From: Lama glama
Lineage: Eukaryota
Assembly (NCBI GenBank): GCA_028534125.1
Contig: CM052816.1
Span: 23,128,001 to 23,192,000, forward strand
Direction of reading: 5' to 3'
DNA length: 64,000 nt
Shown here piece after piece: positions 14,441 to 27,145 of the stretch. Positions within the stretch are counted from its first letter, which is position 1, and every line of letters starts with the position of its first letter. The position numbers were made by a program, and so were the translations under genes. A model generated the notes under the pieces. The model saw only the letters and a list, made by a program, of their open reading frames with translations, had not been told where the DNA came from and did not search any database.

Positions 14441-15290
14441 TGAAACTCAATGTGTCCGAAACAGAACTCATTTCTGCTCTGCCCACACCTCAGATACACC
14501 AATCGCCAAAACCTAGTCTTCTCCCATTACTCCCTAGCTCTAGGAATAGCACTATCCCGAGTCCAAAACCTAAGTGTCGCCTTAAACTTTCCCCCATTCC
14601 ATCCCTGCATCTAATCAATCACCTACTTTGATCAACTTTCACTCCGCACTAGCTTTCAACTTCATCTCCTCACCTCCACCTCCACTTTAACTCTTTCATG
14701 AAGAGTCTTCTCATGAAGACTTGGTCTGGGGCAAGAGCCTCCTAACTGTCTTGTGTGACCATCCCTCGGCACAAGGGCCTCCACCCGCCCTTCTGTGCTC
14801 CAGCTGCTAAGACCTTAAGCTGATCATAGTGACCTATGAAGAATTCTTCAAAGCTCCCCATTATCTACGGAACTGATTTTTCACTCTGACTGCTCATTAG
14901 AGTCACCCAGAAAGATTTTTAACGTACTATTCATGGGCCTCTTAATAACTGGAACTAAACCAATCACATCACCCCCAGTAATTCTAAGAGTGACTGATCA
15001 CAAGGGATGCTCTAAGCCTTTGAGGACGACACAGAAGGCCTTTCATAATCAAGTTCTAGCAAGACCTTCTGAGCCTCATTTCTCCTGCCGTCCGATATGC
15101 TTGAACCAAACATACTATTCGCTATCATGGTATTGTTCCGCCTCTGCCTTCCCATGTGCCGCTACTCATCCGGCAACACTGCTGTGCATGACTGCCAGTC
15201 TGGAGGAAGCCCCGCATCCTCCTGTTCTCCTCAGGTGCTTATTCCTTACACTCCTGCATAGCCTGCACTTTCCTCCATTACAGCAGCCAT
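14441..15290 (+). mobile_element. LINE-2 body fragment, probably interrupted by a MER5-like piece at about 14880-14990
   Basis: aaactcaatgtgtccgaaacagaactcatt and agcctcctaactg are characteristic L2 motifs. Confidence 0.6.
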
Positions 15291-15341
15291 AGCAGTGGAT
15301 GTGGAAATATCTGCGAACAACTGGTTAAAATCACAGTTACT

Positions 15342-15688
15342 CACAAAGGGGAAGCCCAATACTACATGTTACCTCTTATATGCGGAATCTAAAAAATAAA
15401 ACGAATGAGCATAACAAAACAGAAACAGACTCACAGAGAACAAACTAGTGGTTACCAGTGGGGAGAGAGAGGAGGGAGAGGCAAGACAGGGGTAGGGGAC
15501 TAGGAGGTAAAAACCACTATGCTTAAAATAAATGAGGTACAAGGATATACTGTACAACAAAGGGACTACAACCAATATTTTATAATAACTTTAAATGAAG
15601 CATAATCTATAAAAATATTGAAGCACTGTGTTACATACCTGGAACTAATATAATATTGTACATCAACGATACTTCAATAATAAAGAAG
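15342..15688 (+). mobile_element. 5'-truncated LINE-1 (3' end only)
   Basis: tatatgcggaatctaaaaaa...acagaaacagactcacagagaacaaactagtggttacc...acttcaataataaa. Degenerate TSD aaatcacagttact (15328-15341) / aaatcaaagtaact (15689-15702). Confidence 0.88.
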
Positions 15689-16202
15689 AAATCAAAGTAA
15701 CTGATTCAAGTTTTAAATAAGTTAGCTTTCACACTCAAGTGGACCACTGATTCCTTTTTTCACTTTTGGGCAATAAGTCAGTATTAAAGCTAACAAGTCA
15801 ATGAAAACGTTCCACCTGTATTTTATAAAGTCTATGACTACACAGCACTCAAGTGAAATAAATAAAAACAGGGACAACACCTGAAGCCTTGCATGGGTAA
15901 ACTACGTTCTTCTAAGGATGCTTTAAAATCCACCTTGAATCTTTCTTAAAAAAAAAAAAAAAGAGTACCATGTGAACCGTATGAAAACACGTGATGGTGA
16001 GCGATGGCTTTATATTCACTGTCTTTAAAACCACTGACCAGCTCTTTGGAACAGATGAGTTAACCAATGTTAAAAAAAAAAAAAAGCAAAAGTGCTGATT
16101 ACTTTCTTAGGACTTTTTCCCAAAAGGAAAATAAAACCAGAAGTATTTTTAAGGAATAGTTAAGAATAGACTGAATATTTGAAAATAGAAAATTAACTCA
16201 TA

Positions 16203-16383
16203 CAGTGGTCTACACCCTAGGCCACACTAGGATCACCTGGGTGGTTTTAACCACCACCCATGCTACAGGCCTCACCTGGAAAAGATTCTGCTATCACGGG
16301 CCAGGGATGTGTTCCAGCAGCGGAGTTTTCTCCAAGTCCCCCAGGGCATTCCACTGTGCAGGCAGGGGGTCCAGAAGCACTAC
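16203..16383. mobile_element. MER5-like hAT-Charlie DNA transposon
   Basis: cagtggtct...ggatcacctggg...ccagggcattccactgtgcagg...agaagcactac. Confidence 0.6.
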
Positions 16384-16649
16384 ATCAGCACCATCCCAAC
16401 TACAGCAAAGGCCATCTTTCAAAAGGCAATGGCAATAAACACTTTCCAACCAATGTTACTTCTTTCTCATAAGGGGAAAAAAGAATATAAACACTGTAAA
16501 CTGGAAACTATTGAAAACAGTTATCACTAATACAGGAATTAGTATATGTCAAGCATTATTCTGAGGACTTCTAAAACACTGACCGTTTTATTCTTCACTA
16601 TGGCTCTGTAAAGGGGGCACTATTTTGTGCCATTCTGCTTCGGCAAACA

Positions 16650-16875
16650 TAGCCAACAGTTAAGCAAGGCTTAACGCTGCCATGTATTATCCTGAGCGCT
16701 GCTACATACACTGAAATTTGATCTTCACAACAGTTCTGTGAGGTAAGTACTGTTAATACTTCCACTCGATTGATGAGGGAACTAAGACAGTGAGAAGTTA
16801 AATAACTCGTCTAAGGCCACACAGTTAGTGAATGGAGGAGCTGGGATGTGAAGCCAGGTCGTCTAGCTCCAGACT
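16650..16875 (-). mobile_element. MIR SINE (a further MIR fragment at about 16530-16640)
   Basis: gatgagggaactaagacagtgagaagttaaataactcgtctaaggccacacagttagtgaatggaggagctgggatgtgaagccagg. Confidence 0.8.
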
Positions 16876-18556
16876 TAATTAAAAAACCAACATCCTAGTG
16901 GTCTGTGCCGTACAGCAGGCACAAAAGACATTTCTAGGCAATACAAGTGCTACACGTCTTTATTTTTCTCCTCTTCAGGAGGCAGTAACGCACGAGAGGA
17001 AGATGCTCGCTTACAAAAACTGAAATAAGAATCATTTAATCCCAGTGCCGAGACAGGTGCCACCGCTGGACCTAACAGGAGCTTTCACGACCTAGAAGGA
17101 TAAAGACTGAGAAGGATGATAGAGACACGAAACCCGACTCAATCAGACGTGAAAGCAGAGAATGGTTAGCAGCCTGACTCCTCCTCCCCGGAGCTCCATG
17201 AGGACAAGGTCTGTGTGTTCACTGCTGATAGAAAGTGGCCAATAAATACACTTGAGCAAATGAACTCAGCCGACTCTGTAAGAAGTGACATGACTGAATT
17301 CTAAGGCAGAATATGTTCAGTTCATTTTAACACAATATGTTTTCATAGTTTAAGATACTCACAAATATTAAATATTCTTATTTCATATAAAATATTATTT
17401 CTGTATAACAGGACATTAGATTATTAAAATGTTGGTCTTTCAATATTTTAGTTTGTGTATGCAAATTTATGTTAGGATTAACTTTATATTTCTATAACAC
17501 ATTTAACAAATATACAATCACTTGTATAACATATAATAATTAGATAATAAATACTATTGAAATAATTATTGAATTTATGAAAAAGAGACATTTCTAATAA
17601 TCAGCGCAACTGCTAGGTAACCACGCTGCTAACCCCAGGCCGAGCCCGACTCTGGGCTCCTCAGGTGAGGTGATCATTTGGTCCTTGATCTGGTCTGATT
17701 GCACCATTTGCAGCTGGTGTCGCTACCCTCTTCCTGATGAGCAAAACACAATCACAGATCTTCTCTTAACCAAGGACACACGAGCTGCACTCTGGGTTCT
17801 CACCAAGGAAAATCAATAACTCAAATTTCCTGTTGGCCTACCGAATATAAAACATTTGAGTGAGGAGTGATACCCATGGAGGGCTCTCTAAAAATGATTC
17901 TGAAATTCAAAGTAAAATCAAGCAAGTTACCAATGATGTACTTGATCACCACTGCATTGTCTCCAAGGAGAGTGCCTCCAGCAGAACTGCTCTCCTGTGT
18001 TACAGTCCTGGTTTATATTGAGGGAATTGATAAGAAACATCCAAGTGAATCCTGCTATCCTACTTATCAGAGAAGTGGTGCTGAGCATGTGGTCGCTCAG
18101 AGCCCATGTCCGGCCCGTAGGGAAGACTGCCCTCAGGCCTCAGCATCACTGCAAGTCAGGGTTCTCTTTAATGTCAGGAAACAAGGAGCTCAACATGTAT
18201 TTTCACGTTCGTTTTTTTCTTATTTTTCTGTATGTTTTCCTTTTTCCCTTTTCTCATCACATTTTATTTTGTCATGTTACTTTGATTAATACACGTATTT
18301 CTTTAAACCATCAATTTTTAAAGTACTGGTACTCTGTAAAGAAAGATACAGCTCTACAGTAAAAATGAATGAAATTGAAAGGGATAATGGAAAAGTTCAG
18401 ATACCACTAACTGTGAAGAATGAGGGACACGGCTTTCCAAACTATAAATGGTGAGTAAGGATTTTAAGATCTCAAAAAAAAAAATTAAGAAATCTATTTC
18501 ATTCACTAGTTGGTTCCAAAACAATGCCTCTTGAATTTAAAAGGTATGTTTGTGTA

Positions 18557-18567
18557 CATATATATAC

Positions 18568-18608
<41 letters not shown>
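18557..18608. repeat. Compound (TA)n(GA)n microsatellite
   Basis: Directly visible. Confidence 0.95.
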
Positions 18609-18613
<5 letters not shown>

Positions 18614-21600
18614 TGAATTTTAATTCAGTTAATTTAGAAACTTGTAACGTGCTTATTACATCCAACACCTCTGCAAGACTGGGTAACGTTAAATGTATGT
18701 CACGTCACAAACTGATTTACTTGTGATTAAGCCTTAATTAGACTACTGTTTAATTGTCAGGACAGTAAATGAGAACATTCCAATTCTGAAGAAATGCAAC
18801 CCCTCCATTTTTCAGTGTATAGGTTTTCCTAACTGTTGAATAATATCAAATAATTACTTATATATATAAGTTAAACACTGATTTTTTATTTTAGTGATGT
18901 TTGTTTAGCTAAAATACCTTATTAAAATTATGCCTTTGTGTAAAGGAGTAACATGCCACAGTCAAGATAAAATGCAGTATAGGTACATGATAGAATACAT
19001 GTCTTTATATTCACAAGGTAGAAAAGAGGCTGAACAAATGTTTCTCAAAACATAGCTTTTGGGAAACTAAGGGAACGACAACGGAAGTAGAAAACTGACC
19101 TGGAATGCTTTTACAAAATTAGAATATTTACCATTGATTAAAGAGGAAGAGGATTCAAAGTTTCAAAACTAATATGAGTGTTTGTTATCATGGAGCTTAT
19201 TTCCAATAGTGTGGAGCTATCTTCCAAACAACGTTTTTCACAACTGTTGGAAATCATCTTCTTGGAAAGCACACACTGCCACAATGCAGGTGGTGAGACA
19301 TCGGTTAACAATGAAAATGAACTAGCTAAGACTACAAAATAGGGAAAAACTGTACCAAGTTTCTCCTTCCACTCCAAGTGCAGTTTTATTTTGTACAATG
19401 AAAAAAACAGTGCGGCAGAGAAGAAATTTCGTAAAATCAATGCATGACGATTTCATATGACAAGTGGAATGGGGGTGGGAAGAGTAAGTGTGAACAGCTT
19501 ACTGCTTTTAGTTGAGTTAAAAACCCAAAACGACTGAATCAGAACCAAGAAAAGATTATCGAAAGACTGAATTTTAGATAAAAATCCCAGACTTATACTT
19601 TCCCCTAGATATTAATGTACTTTGGAGGCATACACCGTGTTCATGATACAGTAAAATTAGCATTACAGACAAGGGAAGCTCACAAGCGATAGAAGGAAGC
19701 TAAGAAGGATGTGTAACAGCCCTAGAAGACTGGCACGGGTATTTTAACCTTAATGGTTAAGTTATGAAGAACTTACCTGTAGTTAAATTTCTTATGGTGT
19801 AGCTTTCTGGTATTACAAGCCCAGGGAAACACTTCTGGAACATATATTTTTGTGAAATAATGGAATTTTCTAGGGTGTCTATAGCTTTGAGGGGGCCAAG
19901 ATTAGACATAAGACATTCCAGTGTGAAATTAACTCTTTAAGGAATCTAATAAAAGTCCGTTTAGTCATAAGAAATGATTTTTTAAACCCAAGAGAAATAT
20001 TTCTAGCAACATGGAGCTCTATTTTCTTTGAAACAACATTTAATTAGCAGAAATGAAGACATATATTCTTTGGCTCTATTTAATTGCACACATTAAAAAG
20101 ATAAATACACACTATTCTGAAAATGACACTACCATAGATGAAATACAGAACTCCCTCAAAGGGAGAAGAATCATTGAAATTAAATTATTATAATGCTTTA
20201 ATATAAGTTATCTTACTAAAACAAAACCCAGAAAAACAAACTTCCAATTCGGCTAAGACAGACGCTGGAAATGAATCGTATAAATAATTTTTTAACAGTG
20301 AGGACTTTCCAGTTATTTACTAATAACATACCTATAACAAAGAACATGTAACTATATTATACAATATACAATTCTAAACAGCTACATTTGAAAAAACGGA
20401 TTCTTCTGTAAATTATTTAAAATACACATCTCCTTCTCGCTAGAAAATGACTCCATTTCCTAGAGAGTATTTTAATGAAATCTGAACATGGGGATTATCT
20501 GGTTCCAAATGTCAACACTCTATGCCCAGCTGGGCCAGGCAGTTAAAGTAAACGTGCAAGGGGCGCCTCGCGCACAACAGGACACGAAGGGACTAAAGAC
20601 GGCCTGCCACAGTGACAGCATCAAAAAACAAACCAAAAAACCTTAAAATACTCCGCGTGCCAAACTGTTTAGGAGCCATATGCAGCCTCCCAGGCGGCCA
20701 GATTGCAGCTCCGATAACTAGAAAACAAGTAGCCAAGAGAGAGTGCAATCGAAAATGTGAACCAAGCCAACAGTAGATGCCAATAAATCCTAACACTCAG
20801 AGTGAAGAGCACAGAATAATTCTTCATGAACACGCTTCAGTTAGTCATCTATCCTTACACAATTTGAGCTATACGTAAGTTTAAGAATAAACCACAGAGT
20901 CTAGGGATTATGAACATGTGCCTTATGTCCTTGAAAACTAGGTGTTTCTACCTCCAGGTGGGGAAGGGAGAATCTCAGTTCTGACTCTCCGATGGTCTCA
21001 GGCACAGAGAAAACCAGTCTGTCGTGGCCCACCAGCAACCAAAGGCCTCTTTACTAGGAGGCAGTCAAGCCATTCCCAGGCCCCTAAGTGTGATCTCCTG
21101 GAACATCAAGGTTGACCTGTCATGAGCACTTTAAGCAGTGTATATCAAAATGCATTTGCAATTTATTTATCATTAAAGACAGAAGTCAAAAAGCAAAAGT
21201 AGACAGAGATGACAGGGGAGGAAACAAAGCAAGAGGCCAACCAGCAAGACATACTTCCCCAGACCACCAGGACCTTATCGTGCATAAGAACCGAAGCTGT
21301 GCATCGCTTCCTGAAACACCTGACAGGGGTTCCAGCTGCCCTGACCAGTTCCTGGGTGGTCCTATGAACTGACTGTAGAATGAGATACTACTGACTTCCT
21401 TTCCTACGGAACATTCCAGAGAGCCTGAAAAAAGGGGGCTATGTTCTGGCGACTAGTCTAGAAATCGACACAGTCATTTTTTACTATAGGTAGACTCTGA
21501 TCTCTTTGGGATTCCTTAAATACTTATATTAAATACTCACTTGTTAAATAATATTTCCACAGTCTCCTTAAGATCATTTATTTAATATGATGTTCAAAGA

Positions 21601-21894
21601 CTGAAGCAAATATTTGCAGTGAGTGTTCTAAACAGGTGTCCATGTTTTATAATGTTTACTGATACTGGATTCCTCCTAGTTTAAAATACTGAAACATATT
21701 GGTTTCTTGTTCTTTGCCAAAAATACAAAAAAAAACCCCTTAAACTTGGATCCTTCAAAGGAAAAAAACTGAGTTTATTTTCAGTTTGACTATTTGATAC
21801 AGATGAATCACTCGGTACTACTAATAATTAAATGAATAAAATCAATGAATCCATATTATATGTAATATAGTACATGGTCTATTCAGCATTATGA

Positions 21895-22150
21895 CAAAAA
21901 TAGCTAATATCTATTGATAATTTACTATGTGCCAGATACTATATTAAGAGCTTTACATGGATCATGTCAACATTTCACTTAATCTTCTCCAAAATCTATG
22001 AGGTGGACACCATTATAACTTTCACTTTCAACTGAATTAAACAAGGCTCAAAAAACAAACAAACAAACAAACAAAAAAAAAACCAAGGCTCAGAGAAGTA
22101 ATTCTAAAAAGACAATGAAACTAGTAAGTGGTAGACTGGTAACAAACCAA
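21895..22150 (-). mobile_element. MIR SINE with an internal (AAAC)n tract
   Basis: tagctaatatctattgataatttactatgtgccagatact...aaggctcagagaagtaa...ctagtaagtggtaga. Confidence 0.7.
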
Positions 22151-23398
22151 AATTCAAGTTTATTTCTCTCTCTCTCGCTCCAATATTATGCCTAACTGTA
22201 TAAAGAACACAGAGAAAGCAGACTTCAATTCAGCAGTAAAGCAGAGTACTAGAAGAATACTAGGTTTTAAAAATACATTATTTATAGTCAAAAAAAGCTA
22301 TAAGCTACCCAATCCATAATTTTACCTTTTCTCAATACTCTTCCTACAAGATCTGCAAACCTGTTTATCATTTTTAAAAGATAACATTCTATAATGAATC
22401 TTTCATTTATTCAAACTCAGAAGTCATGGACACATTACTTTAACAGTGCTCTTAACTCCACAAGAACTTTTACTAGGAGGAAAAAACAAACAAAATCCTG
22501 AAATCCATGAAAAGTATAATGAGGTAAATTCAAAATTTTAAGAAAATTCTGTTGCAGATGGTTCCTTTGAAAGAAATATGGAAACAAAATTACTGACCAA
22601 TTTCAGTTAATTCTATGACCAGGTATGAAGTCTCACCTTTACTGAGGATGTCATCCCAGAGTGGAATGGATTAATTTTTCCATAAAATGTCAACAATAGC
22701 ATAGTTGGACATCATTTCAAGTAACCTAAAATCCAAACTGGAAAGCCCTTTTTTGGCTGTGCCCCAACCCACCTACTCAGGTGTCTAAGGAATCATAGAA
22801 CACATACTAATGTTAAAAAGCTTAGATGATAAATGTTAAATTTATTAATAGATGCTGTTTAATATATTCCTTGGTAATGAAAATTCCCATTATTCCTCTG
22901 AATAAGACTTTGAAACTTTATATTAGGATTAAATCAATGCCACCTCTAAAATAAATACTGTTTAAATAGCTTCTTTAAAGAATGAAATTCCAAAACAAAG
23001 TAAATTCTATGCAATGGCTAGCAAAACATAAAGTCAACACTTCAAAACAGTATTCCTTTAGGACATAATATTTTCTATTGCTAGGAAAAAGCATAAAAAT
23101 GATATTTTTCATACAGATTTTGAAGTCAGTGATGACAAGTGTCAATCTAAAATTCAAGTGTATTTTGAAAAGTTAATGTAAACATGGTGATCATGCAGTT
23201 GTATCCTACAAGACTTGGAGTCCTCTTGGTTTGTCTCCTTTTATGGCAGTTAATGAAAAGATCTAAGATTCCACTTATTCTAATAGAGAGGATGCATATC
23301 TGTGATAAATCCCCTTCACTTTAACCAGAAGAAACGTCTATACTCTAATTAAAATGTTAAGCAATTCTTGAGCATGTAGGTCACCTGGGCATATTTCA

Positions 23399-23898
23399 NN
23401 NNNNNNNNNNNNNNNNNNNNNNNNNNNNNNNNNNNNNNNNNNNNNNNNNNNNNNNNNNNNNNNNNNNNNNNNNNNNNNNNNNNNNNNNNNNNNNNNNNNN
23501 NNNNNNNNNNNNNNNNNNNNNNNNNNNNNNNNNNNNNNNNNNNNNNNNNNNNNNNNNNNNNNNNNNNNNNNNNNNNNNNNNNNNNNNNNNNNNNNNNNNN
23601 NNNNNNNNNNNNNNNNNNNNNNNNNNNNNNNNNNNNNNNNNNNNNNNNNNNNNNNNNNNNNNNNNNNNNNNNNNNNNNNNNNNNNNNNNNNNNNNNNNNN
23701 NNNNNNNNNNNNNNNNNNNNNNNNNNNNNNNNNNNNNNNNNNNNNNNNNNNNNNNNNNNNNNNNNNNNNNNNNNNNNNNNNNNNNNNNNNNNNNNNNNNN
23801 NNNNNNNNNNNNNNNNNNNNNNNNNNNNNNNNNNNNNNNNNNNNNNNNNNNNNNNNNNNNNNNNNNNNNNNNNNNNNNNNNNNNNNNNNNNNNNNNNN
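23399..23898. other. Assembly gap (500 N)
   Basis: Run of exactly 500 N. Confidence 1.
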
Positions 23899-24375
23899 AA
23901 AAAAATGTTCAATTTCCACAGGAGAATCTTACAAGAAACATCAGAGTTGGACTACTTGAATACAAAGAGATGGGATTACATACCTAATCAAAATAACAAA
24001 AACAATGAAATACCAAATGCTAAAAGCCACAGCCTAAGAGAAGAGAATGAGCCCTCTTGTTAGAGACAGGAAATGGATATACATGTATATAAACACCAAG
24101 CAAATAAGGGGAAAGTAGCATCTTTCAGAGATGAGACTTTATGTATAGAGGCCGCTGCTTAAAGTTAAGGGACACGCCAATAAGAAAGCTTCAGACACAC
24201 CTTAGCTCTAATAAGAAAGGTATCTCCCACAATCACCCTAGTGTCCATCACTGACTGCTGCTATCATTTTGAAGAAAATTCAGAGATGCAGAGAGAATAA
24301 ACAGGATCACTGCCCAACTGTAAATTGTCACCCACCTGTAATACGTGAACAGTTTTATCACAGCTCAAGTCTTAC

Positions 24376-24659
24376 CTCATAAGACCACACACACTGAGTC
24401 CCACCAAAACGGCGAACACATCTTCCTACTTCCACGTCCTCGTGTGTGGTGTACATTTCTCGGAGGCATTCGCCAATATGCGGTACCATCCTCCTGAGAA
24501 CCTCGCGACTGAAGATCATGCCAGGTCCTCCCATGCAGAAGTTCTCCCCGGGCTCCAGTCCCAGCTTGCCCAGTTCTTCAATATTCCCCAGGCCAGTCTG
24601 GCCCAGGTAGAGGGGCTTGCTGCTATTCAGTGATCTGAGAAACTCTTCCAGTTTATCAC
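24376..24659 (-). CDS. CHSY3: Chondroitin sulfate synthase 3, coding exon 2 (284 nt, ends in phase 0)
   Basis: Acceptor ...tttgtctttgtAG|GTGATAAA and donor GAG|GTAAGA. Splices in frame with exon 1 (G+GT=Gly; 808+284=1092 nt=364 codons). Encodes GDKLEEFLRSLNSSKPLYLGQTG...NFCMGGPGMIFSREVL...HEDVEVGRCVRRFGGTQCVWSYE. Confidence 0.97.
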
Positions 24660-27145
24660 CTACAAAGACAAAGGCAATAATCACTCCTTTTCCTAATTTC
24701 ATAATCATTAATAACACACAAAGGAAAGAACTTCCAACATTGTGCATAAACTCCCCACAGGTCGTATGCAACTGAAAAGATGAAAAACCTCTCTGAATAT
24801 TCTTTTATTTAAAAAAAGACTAATTTACAGGTATTAATTAAATCACAATAAACTTTTCTCAACCTTTAAGTCAACGAAAAACCTCAATAAGTCTAACAAT
24901 CATCAGATTTTTTAAAAAGGTGAAATAGTGATAAAGAGAATAAAGACAGGTTTCTTAGGATGTGTAAAGTAGTGATAAAATTCCCAGAAATACAATATTA
25001 AATATTAATCTTTGGCATTGGTTGGGAGACCATTGCTATTCAATAATTATTTTTCCTGATAATTGATTTAGTTTAGTCTTTTGTCCTTAACTAAAGTCAT
25101 ATACAACCCAAAAGGTGTGTATTTGTATATATATATATAGGGAGATAGAGACAGAGGGAGGGGGAATATCAAACTAATCTTGCACTGTAACACTTTAGAA
25201 CTTTGGAAAGCACACTTTTAGAAAAAAATAACATGTTAAAATATAAATAATGTAATTGGGTCCTATTTTGTATGTTCATCAGGAAAAACAATTTAAAAAT
25301 AATGATCTGTAGCTAAAACAGTTCAAAAGCATTTGGTAGCCTACAGAGTGATACACTGGAATAAGCAGTCACCTTCCTTACTTCCCAGTCAGCATCTTTA
25401 CTATCATTTTTGATGAGCACAGCATCTGCAGTCATATCTTGATCTTATGCCACGCCCCTTGGATCTCAATGAGTTTCAGCTATTATTGGGTTCTTAATAC
25501 AAAACGCATTTCATTCTTAACAGAAATGGAAAGAATATGACATTTCAGTGTTCTGAAGGAGAATCTTTCAGAGTATTAAAAGATATGACAGAAGTGGGTG
25601 CTGTTAATGCATTTTAGAAATTGTCTACAAAGTGTGGCAAACTTCTGCCAGGAAACCTTCATGACTCGAATGAGAAACAGAAGACTTGGGGACTGCATGA
25701 TAGTGGATCTATCACTTACAGACATCTACCTATTTACCTATCTACCTATTAAGACAGTGCATTCACCAGGAATGCAATCATTTCTTTATTTTTGTATCCA
25801 ATTATCCAATTCTTTATTTTCATATCTATTAATATTTCCTGTGCCAGCCAGCCATAAGGATTTCGCTGCTCCCAACTCAAACCCAAGAAATCTCTACCTC
25901 TACACTCAGTCCCTGGGTCAAAATGTGATAGATTTGGTGGGGGGAGTATTTGTTTGTTTGTTTTTCCTTGACTATGCAGAAGATACTACAAGAATCAGGA
26001 GAAAGCAATGAGGCTGCAAGGAGAGTGGCATAAACTAAGGAAGGGCTGCCCCCCTTTGACCACGAAGCTAAGAAATGTGGGAAGCACAGGGAGCCCTCCC
26101 TCAATACAACCCTGCCACTTCCCTTGCGTCTCTCCCCGAAGAGAGCAGGACTGTAAAGCTTCACTCATGTTCTAAGGAACTTTCCTCCGCCGAGTTTATA
26201 ATTCTCTGGCCAAAGCTACTCACACGCAGGATGAAGGACAGCGCCTCTTTTAAAACTGACAAAGTTTTCTCGCGCTGGGGCTGCGCGCGGTTTTTGGAAG
26301 GACTTCCAGCTTCTGCTGCCTACGCCGCAATCACCAAAATGGACTGGAAAGAATCCATACTAGTGTGTGCCAGCACAGCTTGGAGCTTCTGGGGTCCGGG
26401 AAATTCGCGGGCGCTGTCCCCTCCTTCCCTACAACCAATTGCTATCAATACACCCATCCCCTCGGGGTTTTACTGAGCTGTGGCGGGGGGTTAGGGACGG
26501 TGTGATGCCGCACTGTGGTGGCTGGAAGGAGCTGCGCGTTGGAGCGGTGGGGGTGGTCAAGGATTCCCAGTGAGTGGCGGGTCGTGCGAAAGGGAAGGAA
26601 ACGCACAGCGATGATTCCTCAGTCTCACTGGGACCGAAAGTGCGCTAGATCCAGTTAAAACAAAAGGGTAAGGGAATAAATCAAGATTACGGGTCTCCAG
26701 ACTGGCTCTCGCGGGCATCCCAACCCTCCCTTTCTTTACCGAGGACACGCCCCTCTGGACCGATAAGGGAAACTACCACCACCCAGGGCTTTCATAGCAG
26801 GGTGGAGTGGGAAAAGCCTCGGGTTTAACCCTAATGTCCCTTTTCTCATCCTTCCTACCAGGTAAAGGGTAGGAGCAAGCGATGAGCGGAAACGGGAACA
26901 GCAAGATTGAGGGAGGCGAAAAAAGCCAGGCAGGTGTGAGGAGGGTCCAGACCGCAAAAGAGGAGGAGGGGCGGACTAGGAATGGTGGGCGAACGCGAGC
27001 GGTGGGGGCGACGGGCTGAGGGCTGCAGGAGCCCGGAGCACGTGCTGGCAGAGAAGCAGAGAGGGGCTGGGCAGGGACTGGGGCTCATCGCTGAGAAAGG
27101 AGTCGGGGAAGCGGGGAGGCGGGACAGCCGGCGCTGGGAGGTCAC
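24660..27145 (-). other. CHSY3: CHSY3 intron 1 (2486 nt, GT-AG)
   Basis: Bounded by the splice sites of exons 1 and 2. Confidence 0.93.

Larger units (their letters stand above)
1..24375 (-). other. CHSY3: CHSY3 intron 2 (partial; the remaining coding exon lies beyond the left edge)
   Basis: Starts GTAAGA after exon 2. No ORF in 1-24375 resembles the C-terminal part of CHSY3. Confidence 0.88.

Noticed and set aside
23338..23919. Poly-X ORFs here and at 53881-54417
   Set aside because: Artefacts of the N gaps.
24358..24771. 137-aa ORF as a standalone gene
   Set aside because: It is CHSY3 exon 2 plus flanking intron sequence.
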